A stretch of DNA of 64,000 bases from the human T2T-CHM13v2.0 reference genome, Homo sapiens: assembly GCF_009914755.1 (NCBI RefSeq), contig NC_060928.1, one strand, 5' to 3'. Shown piece by piece: positions 1 through 16,331 of the stretch (within the stretch, counting starts at the first letter, position 1; every line of letters starts with the position of its first letter). Both the position numbers and the translations under genes were made by a program. Below the pieces are notes generated by a model. The model saw nothing but the letters and a program-made list of their open reading frames with translations, was not told the DNA's origin and made no database searches.

Positions 1-754
1 ACAAAAGTTACATTATCAGGAAAACTGGGTGGGTATGTGCACAAAATATTCTTTGCTTTGTCACTAGACTAGAACAGGTGCTGTACAGATATGAGAACAC
101 ATAGGACTGAGAGGGATTCAGGGGATCATACTATTATCCTTACTGTCCTCAAGTAAAGCCACATAACCATTTAAAGTAAATGAATTGAACATGAAATCAT
201 GACCAAGACTTGCAGACAATAGAATACATCTCCTGAGTGAACAAGTTACATTTTTGTGACCCTTACTTTTAACTCACGGAAACTTCCTTTTCTCCTAACC
301 AAATCTCCTTCTACAACATCTCAATTGTATTAATACTTTCGTGGATTTCAAAAACCATTTATCATTATCTGTTGCAAAATGATCCTTCTTTATAGATGAC
401 AATGATTTCTAATCCATTTCTTATTCTCTTCAGTCTAAAGTGATGTTATTTACATTCTTTCGAATCTGTATTTTCTGAAGTTTTAATTTGACTCTTGTCT
501 TTTCACTTTTTTTTAGATCTTTACAGAATATAACACAAAGATGAGAAAATTTGGAAAACTTTATATTCTATCACAGTAATGAAATAGTTGCCCTCAATAG
601 ACTTTCTAGCCAGATTTTCAGGAAAGGCCATTCAGATTAGATGAGTATTGATTATTATTATTATTAGATGTTTAGATGATTCCTTTCCAAGTGAATACTG
701 AATGCTAAAATTACATAAAGGCTAAAGTTAAAGACCGCTAAATAATATAATATT

Positions 755-1345
755 ATGCCCTTTCAATTCCCCACATCCCCTATATTCTTCACAGCCTCTG
801 GCAATGATTATTCTGTTCTCGATGTGTGTAACTTTTTTGTGCTCCCACATATAAGTGAGAACACGCAATATCTGTCTTTCTTGCCTGGCTTATGTAACTT
901 CATATAATGTCCTCCAGTTCCATCCCTGTTATTGCAAATGACAAGATTTCATTAATTTTTGAAGGCTGGATAATATTCAGTTATGTAGATGTACCACATA
1001 TTCTTTATCGATTAATCCCATGTTGGACAATTGGTTCAATCCACAGCTTGGCTAATTTGATTAGTGCTGCTAAAAGCATGAAAGTTAGATAGAATGGGTA
1101 AGATCTAGTATCTGTTAGCACAATAGGGAAACTATCATTAATTTATCATACATTTTAAAGTAAATAAAAGAGAGGAAGTGGATTTTTTCTAACACAAGGA
1201 TACCCAAATTACCCTGGTTGATCATTACACATTGTATGCTTGTATCAAAACATTACATGTACCCCATAAATATGTGCCATATATGTAATGGCTATATGTA
1301 CCCATAATAATGAAAAATAAACAACTAAACAAAAATAATAATATA
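755..1345 (+). mobile_element. Old LINE-1 (L1MA-type) 3' end with 5' inversion: about 755-1081 antisense, about 1082-1345 sense with A-rich tail
   Basis: Antisense L1 3'UTR motifs (ctcccacatataagtgagaac, tcctccagttccatcc) switch near 1081 to sense motifs (agttagatagaatg...gatctagta, ttgatcattacacattgtatgcttgtatcaaaacattacatgtaccccataaatat). The two pieces are adjacent in the L1MA consensus. Confidence 0.8.
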
Positions 1346-1769
1346 CTTTACAAAATAAGATTTCACTTTAAATCTTAAATTGGAAGTTTATGATACAAAG
1401 AATCAGATTTAGATTCTTAAATTGCCTTTCACCAAAAAAGGATATTTGGATTCCAGACCACTAAGACTCAGCTATAATCTCATTTAATGCAATAATATGG
1501 CTAGAAGTTTTGTTGAAATTAAAAATTTAAAAGAAAGGACAGTTACCCAGAAAGGAACTAATAATTCACCTTGAAGCATTGTTCAGTAGAGCAGTGGTTC
1601 TTTTGCAGAGTGAATTTTTATTCTTTTACCCCATCAGCAAGGCGATGACCATTGAGAAGCATTATGTGCCTTTAAACCTCTAGATTTTTACATAACATTA
1701 TGTTCTGTTTGGAAAACAATGCTTTCTTCTCTCTTCCAGTAACTTTTCCTTACTCACATTCATTTCTTT

Positions 1770-2110
1770 CAAGAATATAATACATTGTTATTAACTATAA
1801 TCCCTGTGATGTATGTAGATCTCTTGAAATTTTTCCTTCTAACTGAAATTTTGTAACCTTTGACAAATATCCTTACCCACAACTTCAGCCTCAGGTAATC
1901 ATCATTTTACTCTCTGTTTTCATGAGTTTAACTTTTAAGATTTCACATATAAGAGTGAGATCACGCAGTATTTGTCTTCTGTGCCAGGCTTGTTTCACTT
2001 CACATAATATTCTTCAGGTTTATTCATGTCATCACAAATAATTGGCTGCTTTTTTAATGGCTGAATAGTATTCTATTGTGTATATATAACACATTATTTT
2101 ACATCCATTT
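1770..2110 (-). mobile_element. LINE-1 (L1MA-type) 3'UTR fragment
   Basis: Antisense L1MA motifs: atacattgttattaactata, gatttcacatataagagtgagatcacgcagtatttgtc, atggctgaatagtattctattgtgtatata. Confidence 0.75.
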
Positions 2111-2514
2111 TCAGATCTATCTTTGAAGACACATATCTAAAATATTTCTAGATATCCTTTTTGTGGGTTCTGTTTCCCTTATGTTGTTATAATACCTCCC
2201 TCTACCTCTCTAATCAACACATTAATTCTTATTAGTGTGGCCTTCATATTTGTCTTTCTTTCTTTCCCTATAATATACAGTTTATGAAGACAATAATCTA
2301 GTGTAGCTTGATCATTATTTTTTTCTCTAGTATGCCAAATGCAATTGTGACATATATATAATATACACAGTGCTGGCCAAATGGCCGAATATTTGCTGAA
2401 AGAGAGGGGCGCATATATATATACTAACTTACGAATGAATATTGTATGGTTGGCTCCTGAGAAATGGTGACACACATGAAAGAAAAAGTAAAAAGAGACA
2501 GGGTTTGGCAACAG

Positions 2515-2891
2515 TGTTGGACTAAATGTTTTGTGCCCCCAAAATTACACACTGATACTGTAATCCCCAATGTGGTGATATTAGGGAGTGGAATCTTTGG
2601 GAAGTATTTAGGTCATAAAGGTGGGGCCCTCATAAATGGCTTTTGTGACATGACATTATAAAAAGGCACAAGGAAGCTTTTATTTTCTCTCTCTCTGATC
2701 TCTACCATGTGACAATATACTGAGAAGACAGTCATTTGAAAATCAGGAAGTAGGCCCTCCCCAGACGACTGATCTGCCTGGGCCTTGATCTTGGACTTCG
2801 TAGCCTCCAGAATTGGAAGAAATAAACTTACGTTGTTTCAGCCAACCCAGTCTACGGTTTTCTGTTTTATCACCCTGAATTGACTAAGACA
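2515..2891 (+). mobile_element. MaLR solo LTR (MLT1A/MST-like)
   Basis: TG...CA termini (tgttggactaaatgtt...gactaagaca), taatccccaatgtg, gccttgatcttggacttc.tagcctccagaa, aataaa near the 3' end, about 375 bp. Confidence 0.85.
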
Positions 2892-4397
2892 CCGATCAAT
2901 GAGGCAGATATCAAGACTACAAACCATGGTACATGCAACAATGGAATGAGGCTGTCTTGAGTTAATACACAGCCATTTACCTTACTCAATGCCCTAGCAT
3001 AACTATAAGCCATAGGCACAAACATTTTTAGACTTCTATATAGTAAAATTAAATTCTGTGCTAATATTTTCTAATAGTTGGGTTTTGAAACCAATATTAT
3101 ACACTTTTGTAAGTTTAGAAATAGTTTGGAAAGTTATGGCAAAGTTTTAGGCATTGTTTAATACCTGGATACACAGAACAACAAAAAGGACAAAAATGAT
3201 AATGATCTTTGCATAGACACATAACATTTTTTAATTCTAAGTCAAAGAGTTTCTTAATGGTATATAGATATCTTGTTTACTGCTTCATCCAAGATAATAA
3301 CCTAAGTTGCTAGCATTTTAGAGGAGAAATGTGTGGACAAACAAGTCTAAAGCTAAAAACAATAAGAAAGTTTAAATTACTTATGGATGCTAACTGAAAT
3401 GAATATGGTCTCGAGGCAAATTACATTCTTAAAAATTTAAAGTATCATGCCTAGTCTTTTCTTAATGCTTACTTTAAGATTTGAGGTTTTTGGATGACCA
3501 TACCTTTTATTACCCTATTACTTTCAATAAAACCATATATTATGTTATGCATTACATGTTTCACTATCATACAAGAGATAATAATAATATATGACTAAAA
3601 CATTCAAATTCAGAAAGAATACATCTGTACTAAATTATATAATAAGTTTTCCAAGATGCTGCTATTAAAAAAATTTCTTTTTATTATTCAGTTAGGACTT
3701 GAGTTAGAATATTTGAAAAAGAATATGAAATAGATTTGACCTTAGTGAGGGGTATGGTGAACTATAATTTTGTTTAAAAATTCAAATTAGTTTCACAGAA
3801 TGTTTAAGTTTATAATGAGTAAAAGTGAGTTAGTAGTTTGGGGAAAATATAGAAGTAAGACATAAATGTAAGGGTTGAATATTGGAAAAAAATTTAAAAT
3901 ATTCTCAGAAGAATTATATATATGTGTAATATTTATGCCTTTTTAATATATGGCATAAAATATATCAGTAAGTTTGTTTTTCTTGTTAAAAGTGAGAGAA
4001 CTTTATAGTTTAGTGTTATTTGTTATATAATTCAAAGACATTTTGAAGAAAAATAGGATGCAAGATTTTTATCACTAAATTAAAAAAATATTTTTGGTAA
4101 TGCATGTTAAACAAGAAAAGATTCTTAAAAATTGGCTTTTAAGGATTCTAAAGGTCATGCAATATTGTAGGTGCTAGTAAGAATCTGATTGAGCTAAGTT
4201 GTATTTTTCACTTATTTATATTTCCCCCGTGTTTTCTTTTTTCTGGCTTAAAGCCATTTTTTATTTTTTATCCTCCTTGCTATCTTTATTCTACCAATAT
4301 TTCAAAACCAAAACCCAATATTTCTTCTCACCTATGAAATGTTTCTGAGTGTATATACATACATATGTATGTGTATGCATGTGAAACTGATTATGTG

Positions 4398-4401
<4 letters not shown>

Positions 4402-4443
<42 letters not shown>
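4402..4443. repeat. (TA)~21 microsatellite
   Basis: Uninterrupted TA dinucleotide run. Confidence 0.97.
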
Positions 4444-4448
<5 letters not shown>

Positions 4449-5099
4449 CTCCATATCCTTGACCTTCCAAGAATAGGAGGAACTTCCAAGAATGACATAA
4501 TTCACAGATGCTCAAATCCCTTAAATAAAATGGCATAGTATCTGCATGTAACCTATGCATATTCTCCTGTATACTTCAAATTATCTTTAGATTATCTATA
4601 ATCCCTAATAATGTAAATTCTATGTAAATAATTGTTATATTGTATTTAGAGAATAATGACAGGAAAAAAGTGGGAATATGTTCAGTAAAGATGCAATTTT
4701 TACAATATTTTTTATTCGTAGTTGGTTGAACTCACGGATGTGAAACTTATGGTTACCGGCTGGGCGTGGTGGCTCATGCCTGTAATCACAGCCCTTTGGG
4801 AGGCTGAGGCGGGCCGATCACTTGAGGTACGCGGTTTGAGACCAGCCTGGCCAACATGGTGAAACCCGTCTCTACTAAAAATACAAAAATTAGTAGGGAG
4901 TGGTGGTGGGCACCTGTAATCCCAGCTACTCAGGAGGCTGAGACAGGAGAACTGCTTGAACCTGGGAGGCGGAGGTTGCAGTGAGCGCCACTGCATTCCA
5001 TCCTGAGCAACAGAGTAAGACTCCGCCCCACAAAAAAAAAAAAAAAAAAAAAAAAAAAGAGAGAGAGATTTATAGTTAGATAGGAGGGCCAACTTTATA
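4444..5099 (+). mobile_element. MER2 (TcMar-Tigger non-autonomous DNA transposon), interrupted near its end by an Alu
   Basis: gatgctcaaatccct..ataaaatggcatagta..tgcat.taaccta, gttggttgaa..cacggatg.gaa; resumes after the Alu with gataggagggccaact..ta (terminal repeat). Confidence 0.8.
4758..5058 (+). mobile_element. Alu (AluS-type) with poly(A) tail
   Basis: Dimeric Alu ggctgggcgtggtggctca...A26, with a small deletion in the right arm. Degenerate TSD acttatggtta / atttatagtta. Confidence 0.95.
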
Positions 5100-5939
5100 C
5101 TGTATCTACTAACCTAGGTTTTCTTATCACAGAGCTACCATTTTAATGGGAAATAAAAGACTAAGACTTGAAAAAAGACTAAGACTTGAAAATAAGTTAA
5201 CAATATAACTTCAGATAGCGATTAAAATATACAAAACTTAAGCAACGTAATAGGAAAGAATAGAAGAATTGGTTGAGGTAGGAGTGTTTCTACTTTAGAA
5301 TCTACAAAACATCATTTGCTAGGGAAATATTTGAGCTGATGACTGAAAAATGAATACAAAATAAGCATTGGAAAAATCAAAGAAATGTAAAGTGCATTAC
5401 ATTTCTGTCTTGTGAAAGGCAGAGAAAAATAATAATCTGATAAACAGAAAAAGACATAAAGTTAGATGTCTCCCTAGGGTCAAAGAAAACTATATGAATG
5501 AAATTATTATAAAATGTTCCAAATATTTAATTAATATAATTGTTATTACTATTTATTTCCACATAATTAATGAAACACTACTGACTTCAACTTCAAGACT
5601 ACAAGGTTTTTGTAGTTTAATAATATATGATAAATATTCATAGTTTAAGTTGTTAACATCCTTAAATCTCTCTAGCAATTTCTCCGATATACACAGAAAA
5701 AAAGAGAACATTCCATCTCTGACTTCAAGTGGCTTAAAATGTTTCAGAGAAAAAAGATACTTCTATAAATGTATTATCAGTAAAATATTAGATATTATGA
5801 TAAGAATGAGGTCACATTACCATATACTACTAGCAACTCAGTTATAAAGACTGAAAATGCTGTAGTAGTTCTGAGAAGAATTTTGAATTTTGAAATTTTG
5901 AATATTTTGAATATTGAAGACTTATTCTGGTTCAATCAC

Positions 5940-6095
5940 ATACTGACTTATTTAATTCTAACAATACCTCTATGGGCTAGGTACTATTGCTGATATTTTA
6001 AATTTAAAAATTAGGAAACTAAGTTATAGACAGATATTAATAATGTTCCAAGGTTATATAGTTTTAGTTAAGAGTTAGAACTGGCTTTAGAAACT
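5940..6095 (-). mobile_element. MIR fragment
   Basis: Degenerate MIR core: tttaattctaacaatacctctatg..taggtactatt...aggaaactaag...ccaaggttatatag. Confidence 0.55.
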
Positions 6096-6148
6096 TCTTT
6101 CTTTCTCTCTCTCTCTCTCTCTGTCTCTCTCTACAAACACACACACAC
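6095..6148. repeat. Compound (CT)n(CA)n microsatellite
   Basis: Read directly from the sequence. Confidence 0.9.
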
Positions 6149-7167
6149 TAATTTTTTACCTCTCATTCTTGTGATTTCTCTCTCTTCATATACATATATG
6201 TAATGTTATATATAAAAGATACATTATATATTAAACAGGAAATATTTGATTAAAATGTAGACAAAAATATTCCAAATTAATAGAAATAATAACTTGCATA
6301 TCCAAGGATCTCAGAAAATCTTAAACTGATCAAGCAAAAAGCCAGTCATACCTATGTACATCATAGACAAGTTGCTTAAGGTAAAAGATAAATAGAAATT
6401 CTTAAAAATTTCCAAGAAATAAGATTGAGTGCATGCAATGAAACAACAATACGAATATGACTTTAAAAAGTAAAACCAATTGAGAAGAGGATAACAATTT
6501 TAACGTATTAAAAGAGAAAAAGTTTGTCCATCTAAATTTCACGTTCTACAAAAATATCCTCCACAAGTTAGATAAAATATAGACAAATTAAACTAAGTAA
6601 AAATTGGAATAATTTGTCTCCAGCAGACTCTAGTACATTAAATGCTAAAGGAAGATCTTAACCCAGAGAAAAAATATACTATGTGGAAAGTTACATAATT
6701 TTTCAAGGTTTTAAAGCACCAGACATGATAAATTTGTGAGAAAATATGGGAAAACCCACCTAAATTTAATAATCATGTATTTTCTTTAAATGATTACTAT
6801 GTAAGACAGAAACATGTTAAAGTTTAGCTTATATAATGTATGTAGAATTAAAATTACAAAATTAGATTTTATAATGTATGTAGAAGTAAAATTTCTGACT
6901 TCAAGAGTACAAAGTTTTGCAGCATAAATGAAATTATAATACAGTATTCTTATAATTTACATGAATATTTACACAGTATTACATCTAATTAGACTGTGAA
7001 AAAATAATATTGCAGTTAATGCATTCACTAAACAAATAGAAAACAATAAAACAGCCAAAATGAGTTGCCCAACTATACTTTATTAATACAACAAAGGCAG
7101 AAAACGAAAAACAGCAGAAAAATCACCATAAAGCAAAACAAAACAAGACAGTAGTCTTCATCGCAAT

Positions 7168-9098
<1,931 letters not shown>

Positions 9099-10429
9099 TC
9101 TATCTATATTAGTAATTACATTAATTATTGATAAACATACAAATTAAAAGGCAGAGATTTTAATATTGGACAAAAACATCACGACTCAAGTGTATCCTGT
9201 CTATAATAGTTGTACACTAAATATTAAAGACTCAAGATGAGAATCAAAGCATGAAATATCATAATTATAAAATATAGTCATATGAAAAATAAAATATCTA
9301 TAATAATATCAAAAGCAGTAGAGTTCATAACAATCATTATTGTTGGTAAGAAAAAGGAATATTTTGTAAAATGACCAAATGTTAAGACACAGTTAAAAAA
9401 TACATTTGCGCATAATAATATATCTTCAAAACATAGAACTGAAAAACTAATAGAATTAAAGGAAGAATAAACAATTCCACAGTCAAGGTTAAAATACATG
9501 TAATTGAAATAAAAAATACAAAATAAATCAGCAAGACTATAAACTATTTGAACAGCGTTTTATCCATATTTACCTAATTGATACTTATAGAAGATTAAAC
9601 CTAACAAATTTAGAGCACCTGTTGTCTCAAGTGTGCAAAGAATTTTTACCAGGATATACTATATGCTTGACAATAAAAATAACTCTCAATGATTTAAAAA
9701 ATTGATATTTCATGTAGCCCAAAATAAAATTTAATTAGAAAGCAATAGTGGTAAGATATTTAAAAATTTCACAAATATTTTAAATTATGCCACAGGTTTC
9801 TAAAGAAGAAATACATTTAAAATAATAAAAATAAAATAAAAATAAAAAACGAAATGTTGAAATTTATGGGTTCCACCAAAAATTATGGGTTCAAGAATAT
9901 GTATTGCAACCTGATCTCATAGCAAGAAATATATCTTTAACTGAAAGATACAGCATTTCCACATGGTTATGATATTGTGAAAAAGTGATGGCCATGAGAA
10001 TTTCATTCTAGTGAAGAATTAAGTAACCTGTTTTCTGTGATCCACCAGAAACACCGATCACGTGTACAAAAGATGAGAAAATCTGGGTTCATGGTTGTAA
10101 GTGAGATAAGAAAAATGGGCTGGATGATTCCTTACCCAGCTTTAAATATAATGGAAAGACAAATTCTGATACTATATTTTCTAGTTCACAGAGCACAAGG
10201 GTATTCTGTGAGGCTGTAACAACCATACTGAAGGATGACATTTCAGTGACCTCAGACTGATGGAAACAAGATTGTGAAACACGTTGTCCATGATATTGCA
10301 ATTCAACACCATCTAAATTTTCAACTGACTTTATTTTCATGGTTATAATTGGAGTGGTTATCACAAAAATTGGAGCTATATCAGTGGAAAGGATGTATAT
10401 GGGAAGTCTAAGTGGCTCACCATCACTAT

Positions 10430-10620
10430 CACTATCTTATACTGTTTTATTGCATTCACTGTGCTTATTTTCTGAAATTATCAAAGCCTAAGAAGATGGA
10501 TATTTGGTTTCTTTTTTCTGCTTATTTTCACTATATCCACAGCAGTGCTCTATCTACAGCAGTAGGAGCCATGCCAATCAATACCTGGTAAGAGCTGAAT
10601 AACAATTGAATAGATAAACA
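10430..10620 (+). mobile_element. Possible L2 3' end fragment
   Basis: Weak resemblance: ttattttcactatatccacagca...gtaggag...tcaata...gctgaata. Confidence 0.35.
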
Positions 10621-12181
10621 TATGAAAGACTAGAAACAAACCAGGTTCTTGCTGTAAAAAGTACAAAACATGTCCCATTGGATTATGTTTCATTGGAAAC
10701 ACTTCTCACTGCTTTTATTTCTTTTCTTCATCAACTTCTTTTTTATTATTTTAACACACTGAATCTTTAAAAAGCTTGTTCATGACTAGGGTCCAAATAT
10801 TCCATGATCCATGACTGGAGTCCAAGTATTCCATGTCCCTGATGGAGCTAAGCTTAATCAATTCACATTAAAACATCCAAGAATCGCATAGGTAATATTG
10901 ACAAATGTCAGGAGATATTATATCAATATGTATTTATAGATGATTATCCAGAGGGCACAAAGTATAATTGTAATTCTTGCTGAATTGGTTGCTTAGGGAA
11001 CACCTCATAATATGTCGATATAATAATATGTTTAAAAATATCTGGGTAGCTGACTTTTGCTCCAGTAGTAGGCTGAGGCAAACTTAGACACAGAATTTAC
11101 CCATTCAAGCTGACATTTAAAATGTATAGGAAGACATTCAAAGATTGTAGCATGAAGACTTAGGCAAGGTATGTATTTCATGTCCAAGTTTTGTCTCTGA
11201 TATTCCTGTCAGTACTTGAAAGCCTATTCCTTTGTCCAGTGACAGTTGATAAAGAAGGCCCCTTATTGGTTAAAATGGGCAATACCACACTTTCCCAAAA
11301 GAGATAAGGACCTCGATAATGGAGGATAAATCAAGGGTGGCCTAGCCCAACTGGCAGCTACTTACGGATTCAGAATTCCTGACAAATAACATTCTGTATA
11401 ATTTATATTCATTGGCTTTACACTTTTTATCATCTATTTAGATTAGTAACAAAAATCCCTTTGTTTTGTAGTTTATGACCAAAATATAAATGCTAAAATC
11501 AGTTAACTTCTTCCACCGATGAAAATGCCCTTGTGTCTTAGAGCCACTATTTCTTCAAAATATTACAATTGATAAGGACATGTTAATGTTTACATCATTT
11601 TAAAATAGATAATCAAAAGCTTATCAGAAAACTATATTGGTCATTGTTCAACCAATACTCAATAAAAGAGGTAACTTTCATCTTTATGGTGAAAAGATGT
11701 TTGTAGTGTAACTTCGGCTCTGAGACAGATCCTTCTCAAATAAATCTCTTTAATGTCTAAAATTCGATAAGCAAAAATTTATCTCTGAACTTTAAAAATT
11801 GTTTTTTTCCCTTATGATCCTTTATTACAATGCAAATACCTCTAAAATGGTAAAGGCACTACATTTATTACACTTTGGTATACAATGATTTTTAAGTAAA
11901 GTGAAGCAAATTAAACTGGGTAGAAATCAACTTAGCAAAAAAAATTACAGGGCTCTCCATCCAAACCTATGTGTTTTATACTTATTGGATTAATTTAATC
12001 TTGGATGAAAGGTCTAGAACAACATGAGAAGCCTTAGACACATGAGGAGAGTGTGTCCTGATGAGAACGGAGGGAGAAAGACACATGGGATGATGTTACA
12101 GAAAATTTACTCCATTTTTTTTCTCTGTTTTCCCACATTACAGTTTTGCCTGAATTGAAATTTGTCGTTAGACACAATTGA

Positions 12182-12533
<352 letters not shown>

Positions 12534-13199
12534 TGAGTGGATAGGAGAGAAGTGAAATGAGAAATGGCAGTATTAAAGATACAATATGCGTTTACAAGGG
12601 TGTTGTAAAATTATTTTTTACTGAAAAAATGGCAAGGTTTTTAATTACCAAAAGGACATTAGAAAATCCTCAATTATTGGAGAAAGTTCCACTTGGTGAC
12701 AGTTCAGCGAGAAAAAGAAATGCGTCAAATATCACATTATTTCATAAGGACCAAACGACTTGAAATAAATTTTTCTTCCAAACGTAGCATTTTTAATTAT
12801 TTGCATGATCGTCTATTCTTAATGTCAATTAGGAGTCGCAATACATACTCATATCTGATTTAGAGATCAGACTAAATGTTGTTACTTGCTAACAGTAGGC
12901 ACACTATTGAGATATTAAGTTTTGACACTTAACATGTATTTGATGTGTTATTACAACTCAAAATGAGCCAGTGTTTTACTCTATGCAACTGAGAGGCAAT
13001 TCTAAATGACCAATTTTATAAATAAAATTTTATTTGAAAATTTTAGAGGAGTTCATAGTCCCATTTAAAATTTAAAATGCTGTCATTACTATAGCTTTTC
13101 TGTGACTTGCTAATAAAACAAACAATAATTAAATGTGTAGAAATTATATAACTGTAATGGCTTTTTGCTCTGTTTAATACTTTGATATGATTTTATTTT

Positions 13200-13875
13200 A
13201 TGCTGTGTTCCCTGGAAACAGACTGAAAGGAGAAATTTTGTATGGGTTTATTAGAGACTTTTCTCTGGAGACACACTTGTGAAGAAATGGAATCAATATT
13301 TGGAAAAGGGAGAAGCTGACCTGAATGTAGCGGGAACTGAGCCTTCAACTAACCTCAGCCTGGGGATCTTTTTGCCAGCAGTTGATACCATTCCGAAGAG
13401 TGACCAAGAGGAGTACGACCAGTGGTAAGGAAAATTGCCAGGGTGTCTCTTGAGGCTCCTAGTTTAAACAGTAAATAGGCATGAAAGAGTGTGGTTTGAA
13501 AAAGACTTAGTAACCAGTCGCTCATTAGTCTTGGTCATCCTATCAGTTCCTTGTTGAGCACCAGAAGAATCTGAATGGATGGTGAACAATGGAGAAGAAA
13601 TAGTATTTGTTTCAGCTTTCAGGCCAACTGCAGCAGAGAAGGCTTTAATTCATTCCAGTAACCTTTCACTTTTAAGTTTCCCCAGGAAGCATGAACAAAC
13701 AAGATCCTGAGAGAAGCTACAGTTCTGCTATAAGAAGCAAGTCAATCGTGGCAAATCAAATAGGAGACCAGAAGACTTTGGTGGGTTATCTTGTGCTCCA
13801 CCAAAACCTGAAATGCATACACCTCTCTCCAGGTCAGAATCACTTACGAGCTCCTCTTCCAGCATATAATCCTTT
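13200..13875. mobile_element. ERVL-class relic: LTR16-like piece (about 13200-13370) plus ERVL internal 3' end and LTR start (about 13370-13875)
   Basis: ttccctggaaacagact...tttatt...acac.tgt...agggagaag.tga resembles LTR16; aatctgaatggatggtg...ccaactgcagcag...taagtttccccagga resembles the ERVL internal 3' region. Confidence 0.55.
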
Positions 13876-13992
13876 GGTTGGAGACTGTAACAAAGAACAG
13901 TTTGCTGCAGTAATAGAAAAATAATGCTAGTCTATTGACAAGATAGGAGAATCTTATTTCTTGGTTTAGCTTGTAAATTTGCAGTTCTCCTT

Positions 13993-14526
<534 letters not shown>

Positions 14527-14969
14527 TAAGTTTTGAATTTCATCCCTCCAGGTATTTTGAGTAGATACAAGCTCTCATTCACTGCTTGTTATATGGCAAT
14601 TTCTATACTGGCACTTTAAGTGTGTTACTGTGAAATAGTCTCGTAACAAACCGATGAAATAGGTACTGAAAATTTGTGTCTTCTGAAATTTTAATAGGTA
14701 AGGAGTGTTAGATGTCATTCAGATAATTGTTACAGTCTCTGTACCAATCTCCTTTACATCCAATTGTACTTCCTGGCATCATTGTTTATCAATCATTGCA
14801 TTGAAAGTTTTAGTATGTTCTCTATTATAATAATACCACCTATTAATATGTTATTTCATGGGAAAATAAAAATGAATACTTTCAATTAAGGAAATGAAAC
14901 AGTTTAAGTATAAAATAATTATATAACATTCTGGTACGTAGAAAATAAAAAAGCTAGTAGAGATTTGTG

Positions 14970-15105
14970 TGTTTATTTGATTCAACCCTCTTTTATAAGA
15001 AGTGAGGACACTGGATGTAGGAAAATGAAATGACAAGGGCATACTAAAATTTGCAGAACTTAGGCAAGAATCTAGATTTTTGCTTCGTAACCCAGTGTCC
15101 CTGCC
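14970..15105 (-). mobile_element. MIR fragment
   Basis: ttcaaccctcttttataagaagtgaggacactg...aaatgac...gcagaact...cccagtg. Confidence 0.5.
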
Positions 15106-15552
15106 TCCAAATATTCCCAAGAAAGAGAGTCTATTCAAAATAATGGAAAATTACTATAATAGTAAAGTGTTAAAAGGGAAAAAAATCAAGTTAAAATTCA
15201 GTAAAATTGTATTATTTTCCTATCTACACATTTCTTATATTATAACTTCAATGAATGTATTTTTATTGGCTTTCTTTTTTCTTTTTCTGTATATTTATAA
15301 TATCAATTGACACATTCTCATAATAGAAAGATTACATGTAGAACTCATTCCTTATATATTACATTTGACTGCTTTATATTGGACAATATTAGAAATAACA
15401 ATAATTTTAATCTCTTAGAAATTATCAGCCTTTATAGTTACAGTGATAACATAGCTATTGCCTTTCTCATAATTTAACATTAAATGACTGTTCTCATAGA
15501 AACCTAAACAAGTTAAATCAAAATGCAAAGAAAGGTGTTGGTTTTTTAAATG

Positions 15553-16331
15553 TAGTCATGCATCGTGTAGTGATGTTTTGTTCAACAAAGCATATACAAA
15601 GCCAGTCTCATAAGCTTGCAATGGAGCTAAAAAATTCCTATTACTTAGTAATGTCCTGACGAGACTAACACTGTATAGATAGGCCTAGGTGAATGTGTAT
15701 GCACAAATATATGTGTCTTAGTTTTTAACAAAAAAAAATCTTAAAATATGAAAATCATAAAATAAGAAAAAGCTTATAAAATAAGAATATAAAGAAAAAT
15801 ATATTTTGTACACCTCTGCAATGTGTGTTTTACGCTGTGTTATTACAAAATAGTAAATAAGTTAAAAAGTTAAAAGTTTTTAAAAGGAAACAAATTATAT
15901 AAGCTAAGGTTGAGGAAAGAAATAATTTTTATAAATTTAATATAGCCTGTTTACTGTGTTTATAAAGTTTACAGCAGTGTGCAGTAATGTCTTAGGCCTT
16001 TATATTCACTCAGTACTACTCACTGACTCATCCAGAGCAACTTCCAATCTTGCAAGATATACTCATGAGAAGTGCCCTATATAGGTATACCATTTTTAAT
16101 CCTTTATACGATATTTTTACTCTACCTTTTCTATGTTTAGATACGCAAATATCATCATGTTACACTTGCCAACAATATTTGTGCTGTATAGGTTTGTAAT
16201 CTAGGAGCAATAGGCTATGTCATATAGCCTAAGTATATTAGGCTATACTCTCTGTGTAAGTACACTCTATGATGTTCACACAATAAACACATTTCTCAGA
16301 ACCTACCACCATGTTAAGTGACACATGACTA
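15553..16331 (+). mobile_element. Tigger3-family (GOLEM/MER7) non-autonomous DNA transposon
   Basis: Both terminal inverted repeats present (tagtcatgcatcg... and ...ttaagtgacacatgacta + TA); internal aatggagctaaaaaattccta and cactcactgactca.ccagagcaacttcca. Confidence 0.9.

Noticed and set aside
11240-11790. Cluster of GATAA/TTATC motifs as a GATA enhancer
   Set aside because: Such motifs are frequent by chance in DNA this AT-rich, and I cannot show enrichment.
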